A DNA stretch of 64,000 nucleotides from the human T2T-CHM13v2.0 reference genome, Homo sapiens (GCF_009914755.1 NC_060928.1); one strand, 5' to 3'; counted from the stretch's first letter, positions 1-13,196 are shown. Notes: generated from the sequence alone by a model not told the origin. Translations and numbers: made by a program.

Positions 1-17
1 AGCCACCGCACCCGGCC
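1..17 (-). mobile_element. Alu 5' end (rest lies before the window)
   Basis: AGCCACCGCACCCGGCC is the reverse complement of the Alu start GGCCGGGTGCGGTGGCT. Confidence 0.85.
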
Positions 18-1319
18 TAAAGCTGCAGTTTCTTTAACTTGTTATTTACTATAATGTCAGGAAAGGGCAAGAATCTTGAATCTGAAATAATAATGATGAC
101 AATGGGGTTGAAAAAAAGTAAAAAGTTATTGCCTGGAGGTAAGATTATTTTTTTTAACCTAGTATTTTAAATATATTATTTTATTCTACTTTAGGTGTTA
201 AATACATGAAGTAGTTAATTGTCAGCAATAATATAATGTAAAGTCAAAGTACAAGAAAGTCTTATGCTTTCAAGCCTTGATGTAAAAAATAATTATATGA
301 AGTAAGTTAGGAATGAGGTGGGTAGGAAATTGAGGGTGCCTTGCTATTTTCAGCAACTGTCAGAGTGTTCGGTGCATGATACATATTTTCTGAATATTTT
401 CAGAAAATCATTTCTGATGTGTCAGTATACTTTGAGTCTTGGAACACTTAACTGCAAAACGAAGTCGCTGTGATAGAGAAAAAGGAATATGTATATATAA
501 ATGCAGAGATATAATGAGATAGATGCACATTTACATTTTGAAAATCAGGTTTTCTTCACTGCAAAAATATGTGGGGTTCTTCTGAGGTTAATAATTATTA
601 CATAAGACCAATGATAAAACTGCATTTCTTTGTTATGAAGCCTAAGATATTAGGTGTGTTTTCATGCAATTGCATTTTAAAAACAATTCTGTGCAATCAT
701 CTTATTTTGTAGTGATGTTCATAAACATACTTAATAATAGATACATTTTTTATTACAACAAAATACTACTTTAATAAAAACACCAAGTTATTTCGAAATG
801 CACAGGAAAAGTTTCTCTCCATTGTTGTGCATGCTGAAAGACCACAGTGGGAAGCACACAGGCAGAGGGAAATCTCAGAAATATGAACTGTAACACCACA
901 CATAGCAGCATTCTGGTCTCACAAGTCAGTAGATACTTTCCCCACTAAAATTTTGTTTCAATAATTAATATAAGCTTTTTTCATCTGAAGTATCTCTAAA
1001 TCAGAGAAGGTTAAAATCAATCTGTATGTATGAACTTGCTGACAAGCTAGTGTAGCCACTTGCCTTTAGGTTTTTATTATTTTCCCAGTGGCTGATGGGC
1101 AGGCAGCAGTGTTAAGCCTGCTAACTGAAACATATTCTAAATTATATGGATCTCTGGAGGGGATGCATTCTACTTAACCTTGGCGTTTGTTTTAAATTAC
1201 AGGAATCTACCATATTATATTATCCAAGATTTTTAAAAATAGCTTTTATTCCTTTTCTAAATTGCATCTCAAGGTTGTTAGATTTCCTATTAAAAGCTAA
1301 TTAATTAAAGAGAAAATAC

Positions 1320-1372
1320 ATACATATGTGTGAGTGTGTATATATATGTATATATACATATGTATATATATA
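1320..1372. repeat. (TA)n/(TG)n compound microsatellite
   Basis: Alternating TA/TG run seen directly. Confidence 0.85.
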
Positions 1373-1589
1373 CTCTTCTACACCTGCCAGCCAGAACCAA
1401 CAATAATATTGTCCCAAGCTATATAGTACCTGCTTCCAAAGAAGTTTAAAGTCCATTTTAGAGAGCCAATTATTGATGTTTAAAGTCTGTAAATCATGAA
1501 GGTAGCAATACTTCTAAGTATCAAAATAAAAGCTATGAAATGCCATATCATGAATATATGCTCTCTCACTTAAACTGTTAGAATTTTCA

Positions 1590-1640
1590 TTTTTTAAATA
1601 AATTTTATTGTATGTATTTCAGGTATACAACACGATGCTA
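1590..1640 (-). mobile_element. Short 3' end fragment of an old L1 (L1MA-like)
   Basis: TTTT..AATTTTATTGTATGTATTTCAGGTATACAACACGATG resembles L1MA 3' termini in reverse. Confidence 0.45.
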
Positions 1641-2319
1641 TTCCTGCTCTGTTTGCTATTCAAAATCTCCCCCTTTTGAAATAATATCACTAAAAGGACT
1701 AAAAGCAAATTGTTTGCTTAATGGGTTGACTGATTTTTAAAGACTAAAAGAGTCAAATATAGATGACACCAAAATGTGGTCCAGAACCAATAGCTTGTCT
1801 AGCCTGAAGACCGGATGAATTATTTTATCCCATTTTAGACCATTTCCATCTGTTATTTCCAACACAAATTAAATAAGTCACAAGAAGGTATCATGATCAA
1901 GGATACCTTTCTGGAGAATAGCCATGTTGATTTTAAACTAACAGAAATTTATTTGTGGGGTAAGTATGGATACTTAATAAGGAAAAACAGAAAAAAACTT
2001 TTAATAGTCCCTTATTTATTTCAGGTACTGTGTTAGCTAGGTATTTTACTTATTCCTTCTCAGCGAATACTATAAAACCCATTTATTAAGAAATTGAGGC
2101 TAGACGATGTAAAAGAAATGAATCTGGACCAATTCCTGCAAATCATGTTAGGAAGTTACAAGAAAGTAAAAAGATTCATAGTCAATCAAGTGCTGTGAAT
2201 AGCCATTGAGCTCTGGAAAGCCATAGAAGCAGACACATTAGATACAGGATAGATGGTTCCTGTAGAAAGCTTTACAGAAACTGAAAAAGCCTAAAGCTAC
2301 TTAAATGATGGTAACAGTA

Positions 2320-2560
2320 GGGTAGAGTAGTACTTAACCATATGACCTTTGGCTAGACTACTGTATTTGAATTACGGTTCTGTCACACACTAAATATATG
2401 ATTATTGATAAGTTATTCACCATCTCAGTGCCTCAGTTTCCTTCTTTATAAAATTGCAATAGGACCTACTGTATAAAACCTGTGATAATTTGGTGTCAAA
2501 TGCACATAAAACATAGCATAGCAATGTGTATAAAGTACACATATATCAAATGTTAGCTCT
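2320..2560 (+). mobile_element. MIR SINE, near full length
   Basis: Core CTCAGTGCCTCAGTTTCC..TATAAAAT and tail ..AAATGTTAGCT. Confidence 0.75.
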
Positions 2561-2779
2561 AATTATTTCTGTGAAGACAAATATATTGCTTGTGGAACAC
2601 ATGGGGAGATCGATGTTGTCTTTACAGACACTGCAGTGCACTAGAAGAGCATATCAGTAATATCTTGTTCTTTAAATAAATTACTAGCATTCATATGGTA
2701 TTTATCCTGAACAGGGAATATGATAAAGACTTTTATGGATTTTATTTTCATTTAATTTTAATGGGATTTTGATGAATGT

Positions 2780-2915
2780 ACTATTCCCATTTTGCAGGTG
2801 AGGAAATAAAGGTAAAGTGAATCTTAAGAAGTTGCTTGAGTCCATAGCTGTAGTGATAGTGCCCATATTGAAAACCAAATCATCTGATAAGTCCAGTTCC
2901 TGACCACTACATTAT
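2780..2915 (-). mobile_element. MIR fragment
   Basis: CCCATTTTGCAGGTGAGGAAA is the MIR core in reverse. Confidence 0.7.
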
Positions 2916-3304
2916 GGTGCCTTTCTAAGGGATAATGTGACACAGGTATAGAATGGTGACAATTGTAGCCATAAGTGCCCTTTCCATTTTCAGCCCTCCA
3001 GTGCTTCATGAAGTACTGTGTTCATGAGGGGCTGCTGAATGACTGCCTGTAGGACACATCTTCCCAGAGCACACACCCTGGCAGATCACAGCCCAGGAGA
3101 ACCACGAGCCCATCTGAAACCTCAGAAATAGCCCAGTGCCTGCAGGGGATGGTGCTGCAGCTTCAGACAGGACCTCCATGAGGGGCAGAAGTTTGGTGAA
3201 GTATCCCTGATCACAGTCAGCTTCACATCGTAGGGCTTTGAAACATGATGCTGTCAATTCATCTTGAATTGTTCAAGGTCAAACTCAGGCATTCAATGCT
3301 GTAT

Positions 3305-3408
3305 CGTTCCTCTCCACTCAATTCCATCCCTTTCCATTCCATCTCATTCCATTTTTTCCATTCGCTCCACTGTATTCCATTCCATTCCACTCCACTCTAC
3401 TCCATTCT
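3305..3408. repeat. Degenerate (TTCCA)n/(CTCCA)n pentamer repeat
   Basis: TTCCATTCCATTCCACTCCACTCTACTCCATTC; it encodes the IPFHS-like motif in ORF 3245..3511. Confidence 0.8.
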
Positions 3409-3483
3409 GCGCAAACTTATTAACTACTTACTACACTACTTAGTCTGTAAGCAAAAAGCAGCTGCTGCTCTAAAGATGAATAA

Positions 3484-3527
3484 AATTAGGCTTAACACAG
3501 GCTTAAATTAGGCTTAAATCAGGCTGA
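3484..3527. repeat. 11-bp minisatellite, 4 copies (AATTAGGCTTA-like)
   Basis: AGGCT recurs at 3488, 3499, 3510 and 3521. Confidence 0.85.
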
Positions 3528-4184
3528 CCAAGTTCCATTCAGTAGGCAAGTTTAAAGAGCCAAAATCTATAATTTTAATACTTTTAGCTCTAAAGCTAGA
3601 ATTGGACACAGTGTTCTTCCAATGTATAGAAAAGTCTACTCAGAAGGCTTTATTTTTGAGGACTTGGAGAGAGTTAAATAAGGTATTTTCGACATATGTT
3701 TTCAATGAAGCATGAAAACTAGAAAGGTGTGTTTCACTGGCTGAGGATACTTCCCGGTAAGACTCAAGGTCTACCATCTCAAATTAGAGTTCTCTCAAAG
3801 GTGCTAAACTCTATTGATTTTTTTATGAATCGCATGTTTCTATATTTTTTTTGCCAAACTCTCCCTTCTGTAAAGAACCATGATTTAAGCTAGCAACGAC
3901 AAATGAAGCATAGTTACCCTCATTTGATTTGCGGCATTTCAGACTCAACTATTTTTCTGAAACATCTATTTTATTTCAATAGAGACAAGAAGCCTGCTAG
4001 TTTCCTTAATCCTGCGTTTTAAAAACATACTTCTATATGAATTGGAGAAATGAAATGTGCTCCATAGTTTATGTTATTCCTTACTTTTGGAATGTATCCT
4101 AATCTCAGGATTCTTCATTACTCTGACTACATATTATATTTATTTCCATCCTAAGGTTTTTCAAAGATAGGCATGTGGATTATC

Positions 4185-4300
4185 TAGATCAACAATCCCT
4201 AAAGGGCTTTTAAAATGTCAATTCCTGGGCCCTACTCCATTCCTGAAAATCAAAATTTTGAAGCAGAAATCTGAGTCTCCAAATCATCTCCCTTGGTATA
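4185..4300. mobile_element. MER5A-like hAT-Charlie fragment
   Basis: GGGCTTTTAAAATGTCAATTCCTGGGCCCTACTCC resembles the MER5A core. Confidence 0.45.
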
Positions 4301-4838
4301 TCTCACCTTCTATCTCCCTTTGCAATCACAAGACAGTGACCAGGTCCAGTGATGATATCATGGGCTGTCTGTCACCTGCCTGACAGTGATTCCTGGAGAC
4401 TCTCACCCAAACAAACTCTCACAGAAACTAGGCAACGTAAGAGAAAGGAAGGTTCAGCTGGGGAGGCTTCATTGCGTCAGGAATGCCTTATATAATTCCA
4501 GAAGGTCAACAAGAGAAAACCAGGCCAACAGAGCATAAATGTCAACATTTATGGGCCCAGCTGGTGTCCTGCTGAGGCTACGTATTTGAGATTTTGCAAG
4601 CCAGGCAATATTGCAAGTTAACATGCTGTATAGATTCTGATTCTGCAGGAAAATTCTCCTTCAGTGTTGCATAGTTGCATTTACTAATTCTGCTTTCTTA
4701 GTATTTTGTGTATTTGTTTTACTTTGTATTTTAAGTTTCAGCTAAACAAATGAGAAGTAACCAAAATACGAATGAAAGGACTATTTCCTATGCAGCTACT
4801 GTGTTTACATATATTACCTCATTTAATATGGTTAACAC

Positions 4839-5135
4839 GTCAGGGCACGGTGGCTCAAGCCTGTAATCTCAGCACTTTGGGAGGCCAAGGCAGGCAGATC
4901 GCTTGAGGCCAGGACTTCGAGACCAGTCTGGCCAACATTGCAAAACCCTGTCTTTACTAAAAATACAAAAAATATAGCTGGGTGTGGTGGTGCATATCTG
5001 TAATCTCAGCTACTCAGAAGGCTGAGAAATGAGAATCGCTTGAACTCAGGAAACAAGGGTTGCAGTGAGCCGAGATCACGCCACTGCACTCCAGCCTGGC
5101 TGACAGGATGAGACTCTGTTTCAAAAAAAAAAAAA
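4839..5135 (+). mobile_element. Alu (AluS-type), inserted into a minus-strand MIR (about 4790-5300)
   Basis: Full dimer, A13 tail, TAACAC repeated on both flanks; MIR sequence continues on both sides. Confidence 0.95.
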
Positions 5136-5890
5136 GTAACACTTTGAGAATAGGTTCTTATTATCTCTATATTAAAAAATAAAGCAAACAAAACGAACAG
5201 TGGATAATTACTTACCCAAAGTTAATAAATCTTAGCATTGGATCTTGAGCCCTGTTTCTTTCAAAGCCAAAATCTATATTTTATTCTATTACACTCTGCT
5301 GTTTCCAAAACAGGCCAAATAATTTCTACCCCTCAAACATTTACCAGTGGCAGAAAACAACTATGAAATCACACTGAGGCCATAAAGTAATAAGAGGAAA
5401 TTTCTATAAAGCCACACAACCATCTCATTTCCTTGTGGCCACACTTTACATTCATTCAATGAAGAATCAGGATCTACACTGCACCACACATTGGGGGCTG
5501 AATAAGCACAGACATACCTGGTAATCTTTGATTTCTCAGACTCTACAGGAGATCAAGGTTCTGGCAAATGTAGAAGTACCTCAAACCTTTCTGGTCATTT
5601 TCAAACTTAAATTCTGTATACAGTACAAGCATACTGTTGAGGGTGGCTTTAATGTGTAAAACTGCTGCTTATGGATAGTGGCGATGGGTGATGTTGCCAC
5701 ACCTCATCACTGCATGCCATTTAATACCTTTTGTCCATTAAAGTTCAGGCCACCACATCAGCACTACAATATTTTAAATCCTTATATCTGAAAGTACAGG
5801 AACCTCTCCACTTTTCTGTGTGTATAATGTAGCCCTTGGCACATTGCGGAAAACAAAAACAAAGAAAAAATACAAAAAAATATCACCATC

Positions 5891-6673
5891 TGTACTGGGT
5901 TGAATAGTGTTCCTTAAAATTTCGTGTCTACTTGGAATTTGTGAATATAACCTTATTCGGAAATAGAGTCTTTGCAAATATAATCAAGTCAAGATTAAGT
6001 CATACTGTATTAGAGAGGGCCCTGAACCCAATCTGACTTGTGTCCTTATCATCCTTACAAGAAGAGGGAAATTGACCTGGCGCAGTAGCTCACGCCTGTA
6101 ATCCCTGAACTTTGGGAGGCCAAGGCGGCCGGATCACGAGGTCAGGAGATCGAGACCATCCTGGTCAACATGATGAAACCCCATCTCTACTAAAAATACA
6201 AGAATTAGCTGGGCTTGGTGGCACATGCCTGTAATCCCAGCTACTCGGGAGGCTGAGTCAGAAGAATAGCTTGAACCAGGGAGGCGGAGGTTGAAGTAAG
6301 CCGAGATTGCACCACTGTACTCCAGCCTAGGTGACAGAGTGAGATTCCGTCTCAAAAAAAAAAAAAAAAAAAAAAAAGACAAGGGAAATTTGGAGATGGA
6401 GATACAGATAATGAAAAGAAGGGCATGAACAGATGGAGGCAGAGATTGGAGCGATGCATTTATAAGCCTAAGAATGCTAAGGATTACCACCAACCATCAG
6501 AAGCTAGAAGAGATAAGAAAGGAGACTTCTACAGCATGTTTAGAAGTAGTATGTCCCACCAACACCTTGATCTTAGACTTCTAGTCTCCAGAAGTGTCAG
6601 ACAGTAAATTTCTATTGTTTTAAACCACACAGTTTGTGATACTTTGTTATGGCCACCCTAGGAAACTAACACA
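5891..6673 (+). mobile_element. MLT1C-like MaLR solo LTR, interrupted by an Alu
   Basis: TG...CA termini, CCTTATTCGGAAATAGAGTCTTTGCA motif, 3' end GGAAACTAACACA, perfect 5-bp TSD CCATC (5886-5890 / 6674-6678). Confidence 0.88.
6074..6377 (+). mobile_element. Alu (AluSc-like)
   Basis: GGATCACGAGGTCAGGAGATCGAGACCATCCTGG, long A tail, TSD AAGAAGAGGGAAATT / AAGACAAGGGAAATT. Confidence 0.95.
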
Positions 6674-7202
6674 CCATCCATAAATATCCATGTACCACAT
6701 GCAAGGTGCTATGCTCAGCGTTGAGAATATGGAACAATGGAGAGGTATACCTGGAATCTGGGACACGTATCAGTGTCTATAGACATAGAGGAGGAAGGTA
6801 AAAGAGTGTTCCACTTCATTTTAACTCCAGTGTGTTGCTTCTTTTCTAAGGAGCCACAGACAATGACTTCTCATCCTCCTCTTCCTCATTATTCCTTGGC
6901 TTACAAGCTAATGCATACATCATGGGGTTCCCAGTATTTCCTTTTCCCCCCAATATTTTATGACCCATGCTTGTGTTTATATTGTGATATAATAAAATGG
7001 CACGAAGTAGAAACACACCCTTCACATGGAGCACACATTACCCAGTGGTTTTATTAAGACTTGTGTTTCGGCATCTGAGCTATGTGAAATCTCACTCAAG
7101 GCTCTGTAATGCCGGTATGTTCTCTATATGAATGTGGCACGACTGAAAACATAAAACTGTTATCACAAAACTGTTACATACATTGTAAAACAAACAGCTC
7201 TC

Positions 7203-7559
7203 TGATGTGGTTTGGCTCTGTGTCCCCACCCAAATCTCATCTCAAATTGTAATCCCTGTGTGTCAAGGGAGAGACCTGGTGGGAAGTGACTGGATCGTAG
7301 GAGTGGATTCTCCATGCTGTTCTCCTGACGGTGAATGACTTCTCACAAGATCTGATGGCTTAAAAGTGGCAGTTTCCCCTTTGCTCTCTCTCGCTCCTGC
7401 CGCCTTGTGAAGCAAGGACTTGCTTCTCCTTCTGCCATGATTGTAAGTTTCCTGAGGCCTCTCCAGCCATGCAGAACTGTGAGTCAATTAAATCTCTTTT
7501 ATTTATAAATTACCCAGTCTCAGGCAATTCTTTATAACGTGTGAAAATGAACTAATACA
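7203..7559 (+). mobile_element. THE1D-like MaLR solo LTR
   Basis: TGATGTGGTTTGGCTCTGTGTCCCCACCCAAATCTC start, ..ACTAATACA end, perfect TSD CTCTC. Confidence 0.92.
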
Positions 7560-8036
7560 CTCTCAAAATCCATCCAATGCATAAAAGCACCATTTGAACT
7601 GCCACAAATGCAATAAGGCCTCTGAAGTTTTCTAGTTCCACCCTTTCCATCACCTCAGCTAAAGTATCTTCTCCTAAACTCCAGGACCTCCTTTTGTAAG
7701 AGTGAGAATTCCTAAATTAAAATAACCAACAGAAAGTGCCAAAGAAGGAAGGGAGAAAGGGAGGGTGGGATGGAAACAAAATTGATGAGTGCAGTTGTAA
7801 GTTTCAGGGATTCTTTACATTCCTAACATTGGTTTATTTGGTATTATAAATTAAGAAAATTTAAAAATTATCCATAATGCCCAATGACTTTGTTTACAGA
7901 TTTGTATCAGATCTTACAGGAAATGGATCACTGAAATAGTCATGTCCAGATTGAGCTGACATTTACTGAGTTCCCCTTCCACTTCAAACTCAGTGTCAGA
8001 TACCATTTTATATGCTGTGTAAGAATTCTTTTGTGA

Positions 8037-8349
8037 GGCCGGGCACAGTGGCTCACGTTTGTAATCCCAGCACTTTGGGAGGCCCAGGCAGGCGGATCCC
8101 GAGGTCAGGAGTATAAGACCAGCCTGGCCAACACAGTGAAACCCCGTTTCTACTAAAAGTACACAAATTAGCTGGGCATGGTGGCGGGCACCTGTAATCC
8201 CAGCTACTCGGAAGGCTGAAGCAGGAGAATCGCTTGAACCGGGAGGTGGCAGTTGCAGTGAGCTGAGATTGTGCCATTGCACTCCAGCTTGGGCAACAGA
8301 GCTAGACTCCTTCTCAAAAACAAACAAACAAACAGACAAAAAAAAAAAA
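8037..8349 (+). mobile_element. Alu (AluS)
   Basis: Full dimer, (AAAC)n/A tail, 15-bp TSD AAGAATTCTTTTGTG (8021-8035 / 8350-8364). Confidence 0.96.
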
Positions 8350-9200
8350 AAGAATTCTTTTGTGCTTATTTACACAAGCTCAAATAGGAGTGAACAAAGT
8401 TTTATTAGCTTGTATGTAGTCATGCATTATTATAACCAATATTAATACTGGGTCTTAAACTTAATTAGGCCTTCAGATTTGAAAATCTCAATATTTCTTT
8501 CTACTAAACCATGTGGCCTCACCAAATATATTTCTGTATGAATCCTAGAGCACATGTTATCTTGGGAGGAGTCTGTTTTTTGCTTTTACAAAACAGTCAT
8601 ATTGCCAAATATTTAAGAGAAGAAGTTCTACAATTTATAGTATACGGTCACACTGTCACCTGACAACCTTTAATAACAAAAATAGACAACCTTACATGTA
8701 CATAGATAACATTTCAGCAACAGTTTTCTAACAGTGAGCCACAGCTAAAATTGTGAGCATGGGTACTTCAGCATGAAGGCTCAAATCAGGAGAATACGTA
8801 CAAGAGAGAGGCTCATGAGAATTTAACCTTACCTTGCATTTCCCCTAAAAACAATGGCTCTGGATTCACCAATTCAGTGTTCAAGATGACTTTATAAAAT
8901 ATAACTACCCTAAATAATGATGATTCACTGTACTTTATCTTACTCTTAAACATGTACAAATTTTAGTAGCTTACGAAAGGATCAAGGTAACTCCTGTAGA
9001 AAGAAAAACTAGTTTAATCTTGTTTGATCCATTATTTACCAAACGTTTTTGACTACAGATCTAACTTATAAAGAATACATATTATCACCTCACAGGACAG
9101 GAATGCATTGTTTGGAGGCCCTGCTGTAGGTGTTCAGAGGTTTTTTCAGTCCTTCTTTTGAGGCCACATGATCTATTATTTAGAGTGTTTTAAAGCATCA

Positions 9201-9573
<373 letters not shown>

Positions 9574-9978
9574 CTAAGACATCTCTCATCCACTTGGCTA
9601 TCAATATCAACCTGAGTTGGTACTGCAGTCTGATAAAATTCCCAACTTGTTCTTTGATTAGTAGTGCTTCAGCCTTATCCCAATTTATTGACATTCCTAT
9701 GCTGATAAACCTACTCTTACCCTTTTCCTTTCCCTGAGGGAATGTTTATTCTAGTCTTAAACTTGAGCCAGGCAGTCAGGCTCTGGGAGTGAGTGGAGAG
9801 TTCACTGTATAAAAGAATGTCAAAGGTAACCTTTAAGGAACGCTGTGCCACCTCCAGAGTCAGATTTATAGTGAAGTTAACGAAGCTTAGGCTTCAGACC
9901 CCTCCACTGCACAGTCCAGTATCCTACCCAATAAATTCTAGCAAAATGTTCAAGTCATATAGTCTTATAAGCTTTCTA

Positions 9979-10283
9979 TTTATTTCTTTTCTTTTCTTTT
10001 CAAGACAGGGTCTCACTCTGTCACCCACACTGGAGTGCAGTGGCATAATCACCCTCACTGTAGCTTTGACTTCCTGGGCTCAAGTGATCCTCCTGTATAA
10101 GCCTCCTGGGTAGCTAGGAACACAGGCACCTGCCACCAGGCTCAGCTACTTTTAAAATTTTTTTGTAGAGATGGAGTCTCCTTATGTTGCTCAGGCTCAT
10201 CTTTAACTCCTGGGCTCAAGCAATCCTCCAACCTCAGCCTCCAAAAATGCTAGGATTACAGGCATGAGCCACCAAGCCCCGCC
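9979..10283 (-). mobile_element. AluJ
   Basis: T-rich tail, AGACAGGGTCTCACTCTG, CCTGGGCTCAAG in both arms (J-type), high divergence. Confidence 0.93.
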
Positions 10284-11398
10284 TAATTTTCTAATATTTA
10301 GAAAGTAAGATAGTTTAACTATAATTAGTTAATACTGCTCCTTTTCTGCTACAAGTTTTCTATGGCACGCTTTCTTTCATATCTTTTAGACTTGAAGGCA
10401 ACTGTGGACATTTTTAGAATGCAGCTAAGTAAGAGAACATGTAGTTTTATTTATGGGTTCATAGCTTTTTATGTACAGTCAGGTTATGGATGAGTGTCCT
10501 AGGGTAGGAATGGCTTCCACAGATGTGTCTACCACCCAATGTGCCAACTCATCTAGTGTCATAATTCAAAGGCGACCCAAAAGTGAAATGAGCATCACTG
10601 GAAGTCCCCAACTCTGGAAGAACAGGAATAGTGGATGGACTGCTCATTTCAAAGTCAGTTAAGCCTAATAACTTAGAGTCAAAAATATTTTAAGGCTTCA
10701 AAAATATATTTTTAAAGACTTGAAAAAATAACTCAAATAAAATCGAGCTTGAAAATATTCAAAAGCTTGAGAAAGCTCAAATATATCATTTTAATTACAA
10801 TTTATAAACATGTTTTAAAATTTCAATAAAATAGCGAAAAATATAAAGCTCTTGATTAGGACGTTATGAAATTACCTTTATTGATATTTATAAAGCAAGT
10901 TATTAAAGAAGTGTGGTAGAATTTAGATTAAAGTAATAATACAATGTAAAACAAAAGTGATCAAAATAAAAAGTGAAATTGTGAACTTACGAATTACGTT
11001 GCATGAAGAAGAAAGTTGTAATAGCATCAAATATATATAAAAATATATATATAAATATATGGAACACACCAAAAGAAACAATCATTAGTACAAGAGAGAG
11101 AAATTTTTACAAGAAGTAATGAAGAAGCTCTTGGATTCAGAATAGTGAATCTAAGTAACAAAGAGGAATAAATAATGAATCAAATAATTACATTAAAAAT
11201 TAATTTCATGTTGAAATGAAACAAAGTACTAACATTTATTAAAATAACAAAATGCAATACACCACCAAAATGAGACTATCAGAAGTAAACTGTTCAATGA
11301 ATACTGTCAATTCAATGATGATTTTAAATTAATGTACAACAAAGCTTAAAATGTCATGAAATATTACAACTTACGTTACTAAAGGAAATCAATAGACA

Positions 11399-11570
11399 TT
11401 CCCAAATTTGACAACAATCCTAAAAATGTATATAATATTACAAATAATGAATTATGAAGTAAAATAAAGCTTTCCTATTGACAATAAAAAATAAATGTTT
11501 ATCAACTCTGTGATAAGCCTGAATTATTTTTCTATCTTCTATACTAAAAATAGTGCAAAATCATTCAACA
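11399..11570 (+). pseudogene. Decayed hAT transposase C-terminal dimerization-domain remnant
   Basis: Hand translation from 11399 gives FPNLTTILKMYIILQIMNYEVK*SF, then TIKNKCLSTL and LNYFSIF in shifted frames, matching the hAT FP..L.P....ERSFS..IK...RS....L pattern. Confidence 0.7.
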
Positions 11571-11930
11571 TTATGCAAGCAAGAACCAGGAAAACTATCA
11601 CACAGATCTATAAGGCAGCTATTTTATTTTAGAATGTTACTCTTTTAATTTTTTCATATGTATATCATTTGTCAGTTTTCTAAAAACTGTAATTTCAAAA
11701 TTGATCATTCCTAATCCTAACTATTCATTTTTACACTTAGTTTTATATTTTAAGCATGTATTTTTTTTTCATAAGAGAATCCTAAAACTGTGTAATCTCT
11801 GGACCCCATGAAACCTAAATTTGCTCTACAATAGAGGTATTAGATGATGTAAGTAAACTTCAAAGCCAATTCAAAAACAGGGACCTAATACTGTTTATGT
11901 TGTTTGCTTTGTTGTAGCTAATATGTCAGC

Positions 11931-12524
11931 TGTGAAAATAAGTAATTCAAAATTTAAGCTGCTGGAACTTTAAAATATTTTGAGCTTAAAGGGAATGTGA
12001 ACTAAATCTCATAAGCAGACAGTTGTAAAGTCAGCAGGTGTAACCTTTGTTTCTCCGATTACAGATTAGCCTTTTCCTTACCTACATTGTCTTGTAAAAT
12101 GTTGCAAATGACTAAAGGGTGCCAGGGAAGAAGACCTTTTTCCTTTTAAGTGTTGATTTTCATTATAGATTACCTTCCATCTTTCTTCTCTCACACATAC
12201 TTCATGACTACCGCATTGTCTACGATGGAATGTTAAATATACTCTTAAATTGGAAAGGAAATAAAAATAACCTTTATGGATAAGAAAACGAACCATAATT
12301 TATTAAATTGTTGTGACTCCTAAACTAGCCTTGTACAAAAAATGTTATAATACTGTTAAATTGATTTATTTTCTGCCTATATAAGCAAGACCTTAACTTT
12401 TAACATCTGAGTACTGATCCCATTTCTCTGGAGTTCATATTTTCCGGATGGTCTTTCCCAGCTTTTTGCATGAATAAACTCTTCAAACCTGGATTCTGGT
12501 CCTTTCAATTATTTCAGGCTGACA
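11931..12524 (+). mobile_element. ERV1 (MER4-group, LTR29/MER34-like) solo LTR
   Basis: TGTGAAAATAAGTAATTCAAAATTTAAGCTG..TTTCAGGCTGACA; TATATAA 12378-12384, AATAAA 12473-12478; 4-bp TSD CAGC/TAGC. Subfamily uncertain. Confidence 0.8.
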
Positions 12525-12574
12525 TAGCATTGAAAAATAGAGTACCACTGACCTAGAGTCAGCCTATGAGAAAT

Positions 12575-12630
12575 TCTCTCTCTGTCTCTTTCTCTCTCTC
12601 TCTCTCACACACACACACAAACACATACAT
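12575..12630. repeat. (CT)n(CA)n microsatellite
   Basis: Seen directly. Confidence 0.85.
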
Positions 12631-13020
12631 AAAAAATTTAAGACATTGTATTAACTTTATAGCTCCACATAACAAATTACCAAAAATTGAGTAGTTTAAA
12701 ATAAGTATCTATTTATTATCTCACAGTTCTGTAGGTTGGACGTCTGGACACACTTGACTGGGTTCTCTGCTGAGAATCTCACAGGCTGAAATCCAAGTAT
12801 AGCTGGCTGGGCTCTTATCTGGAAGTTCCAAGGACTAATCCACTTTCATGCTCATTCTGGTTGTTGGCAGAAGCCAATTCCTTGACATTGTAGGTCTGAG
12901 GTCACAATTGCATTGCTAGCTGTCAAACTGGGTGCTGCTCTCTGCAACCAGAGGCTGCCCTGCATTCCTTCTCACACAGAGCCTCCATCTTCAAACCTTC
13001 AAGTGCATCAAGTCCTTTGC

Positions 13021-13196
13021 AAAACCCTTAGTTCTGGGAATTGCCCACCCTTTTCCTGGAAAACTCATGAATAATTCACCTCTTGTTTAATGTGTAATCA
13101 AGAACCATAAAAATGGGCAACCAGCAGCTGTTGGGGCTGTTCTGCCCATGGAGTAGCCATTCTTTTATTCCTTTACTTTCATAATAAACTTGCTTC
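13021..13196 (+). mobile_element. Partial duplicate of the MER41B 3' half (tandem GAS through the poly(A) signal)
   Basis: Gapless alignment to 13561-13720 (about 20 mismatches in 160 bp by hand); continues into ATAATAAACTTGCTTC. Confidence 0.92.

Larger units (their letters stand above)
9855..11828 (+). mobile_element. Arthur1-like hAT-Tip100 DNA transposon, interrupted by an AluJ
   Basis: 5' end CAGAGTCAGATTTATAGTGAAGTTAACGAAGCTTAGGCTTCAG; degenerate inverted 3' end ..GGACCCCATGAAACCTAAATTTGCTCTA; internal hAT transposase remnant. Confidence 0.7.

Noticed and set aside
3006-3257. GC-richer 83-aa ORF that looks exon-like
   Set aside because: No recognisable domain, non-ATG start and no convincing splice-site pair; could be an old LTR or regulatory patch.
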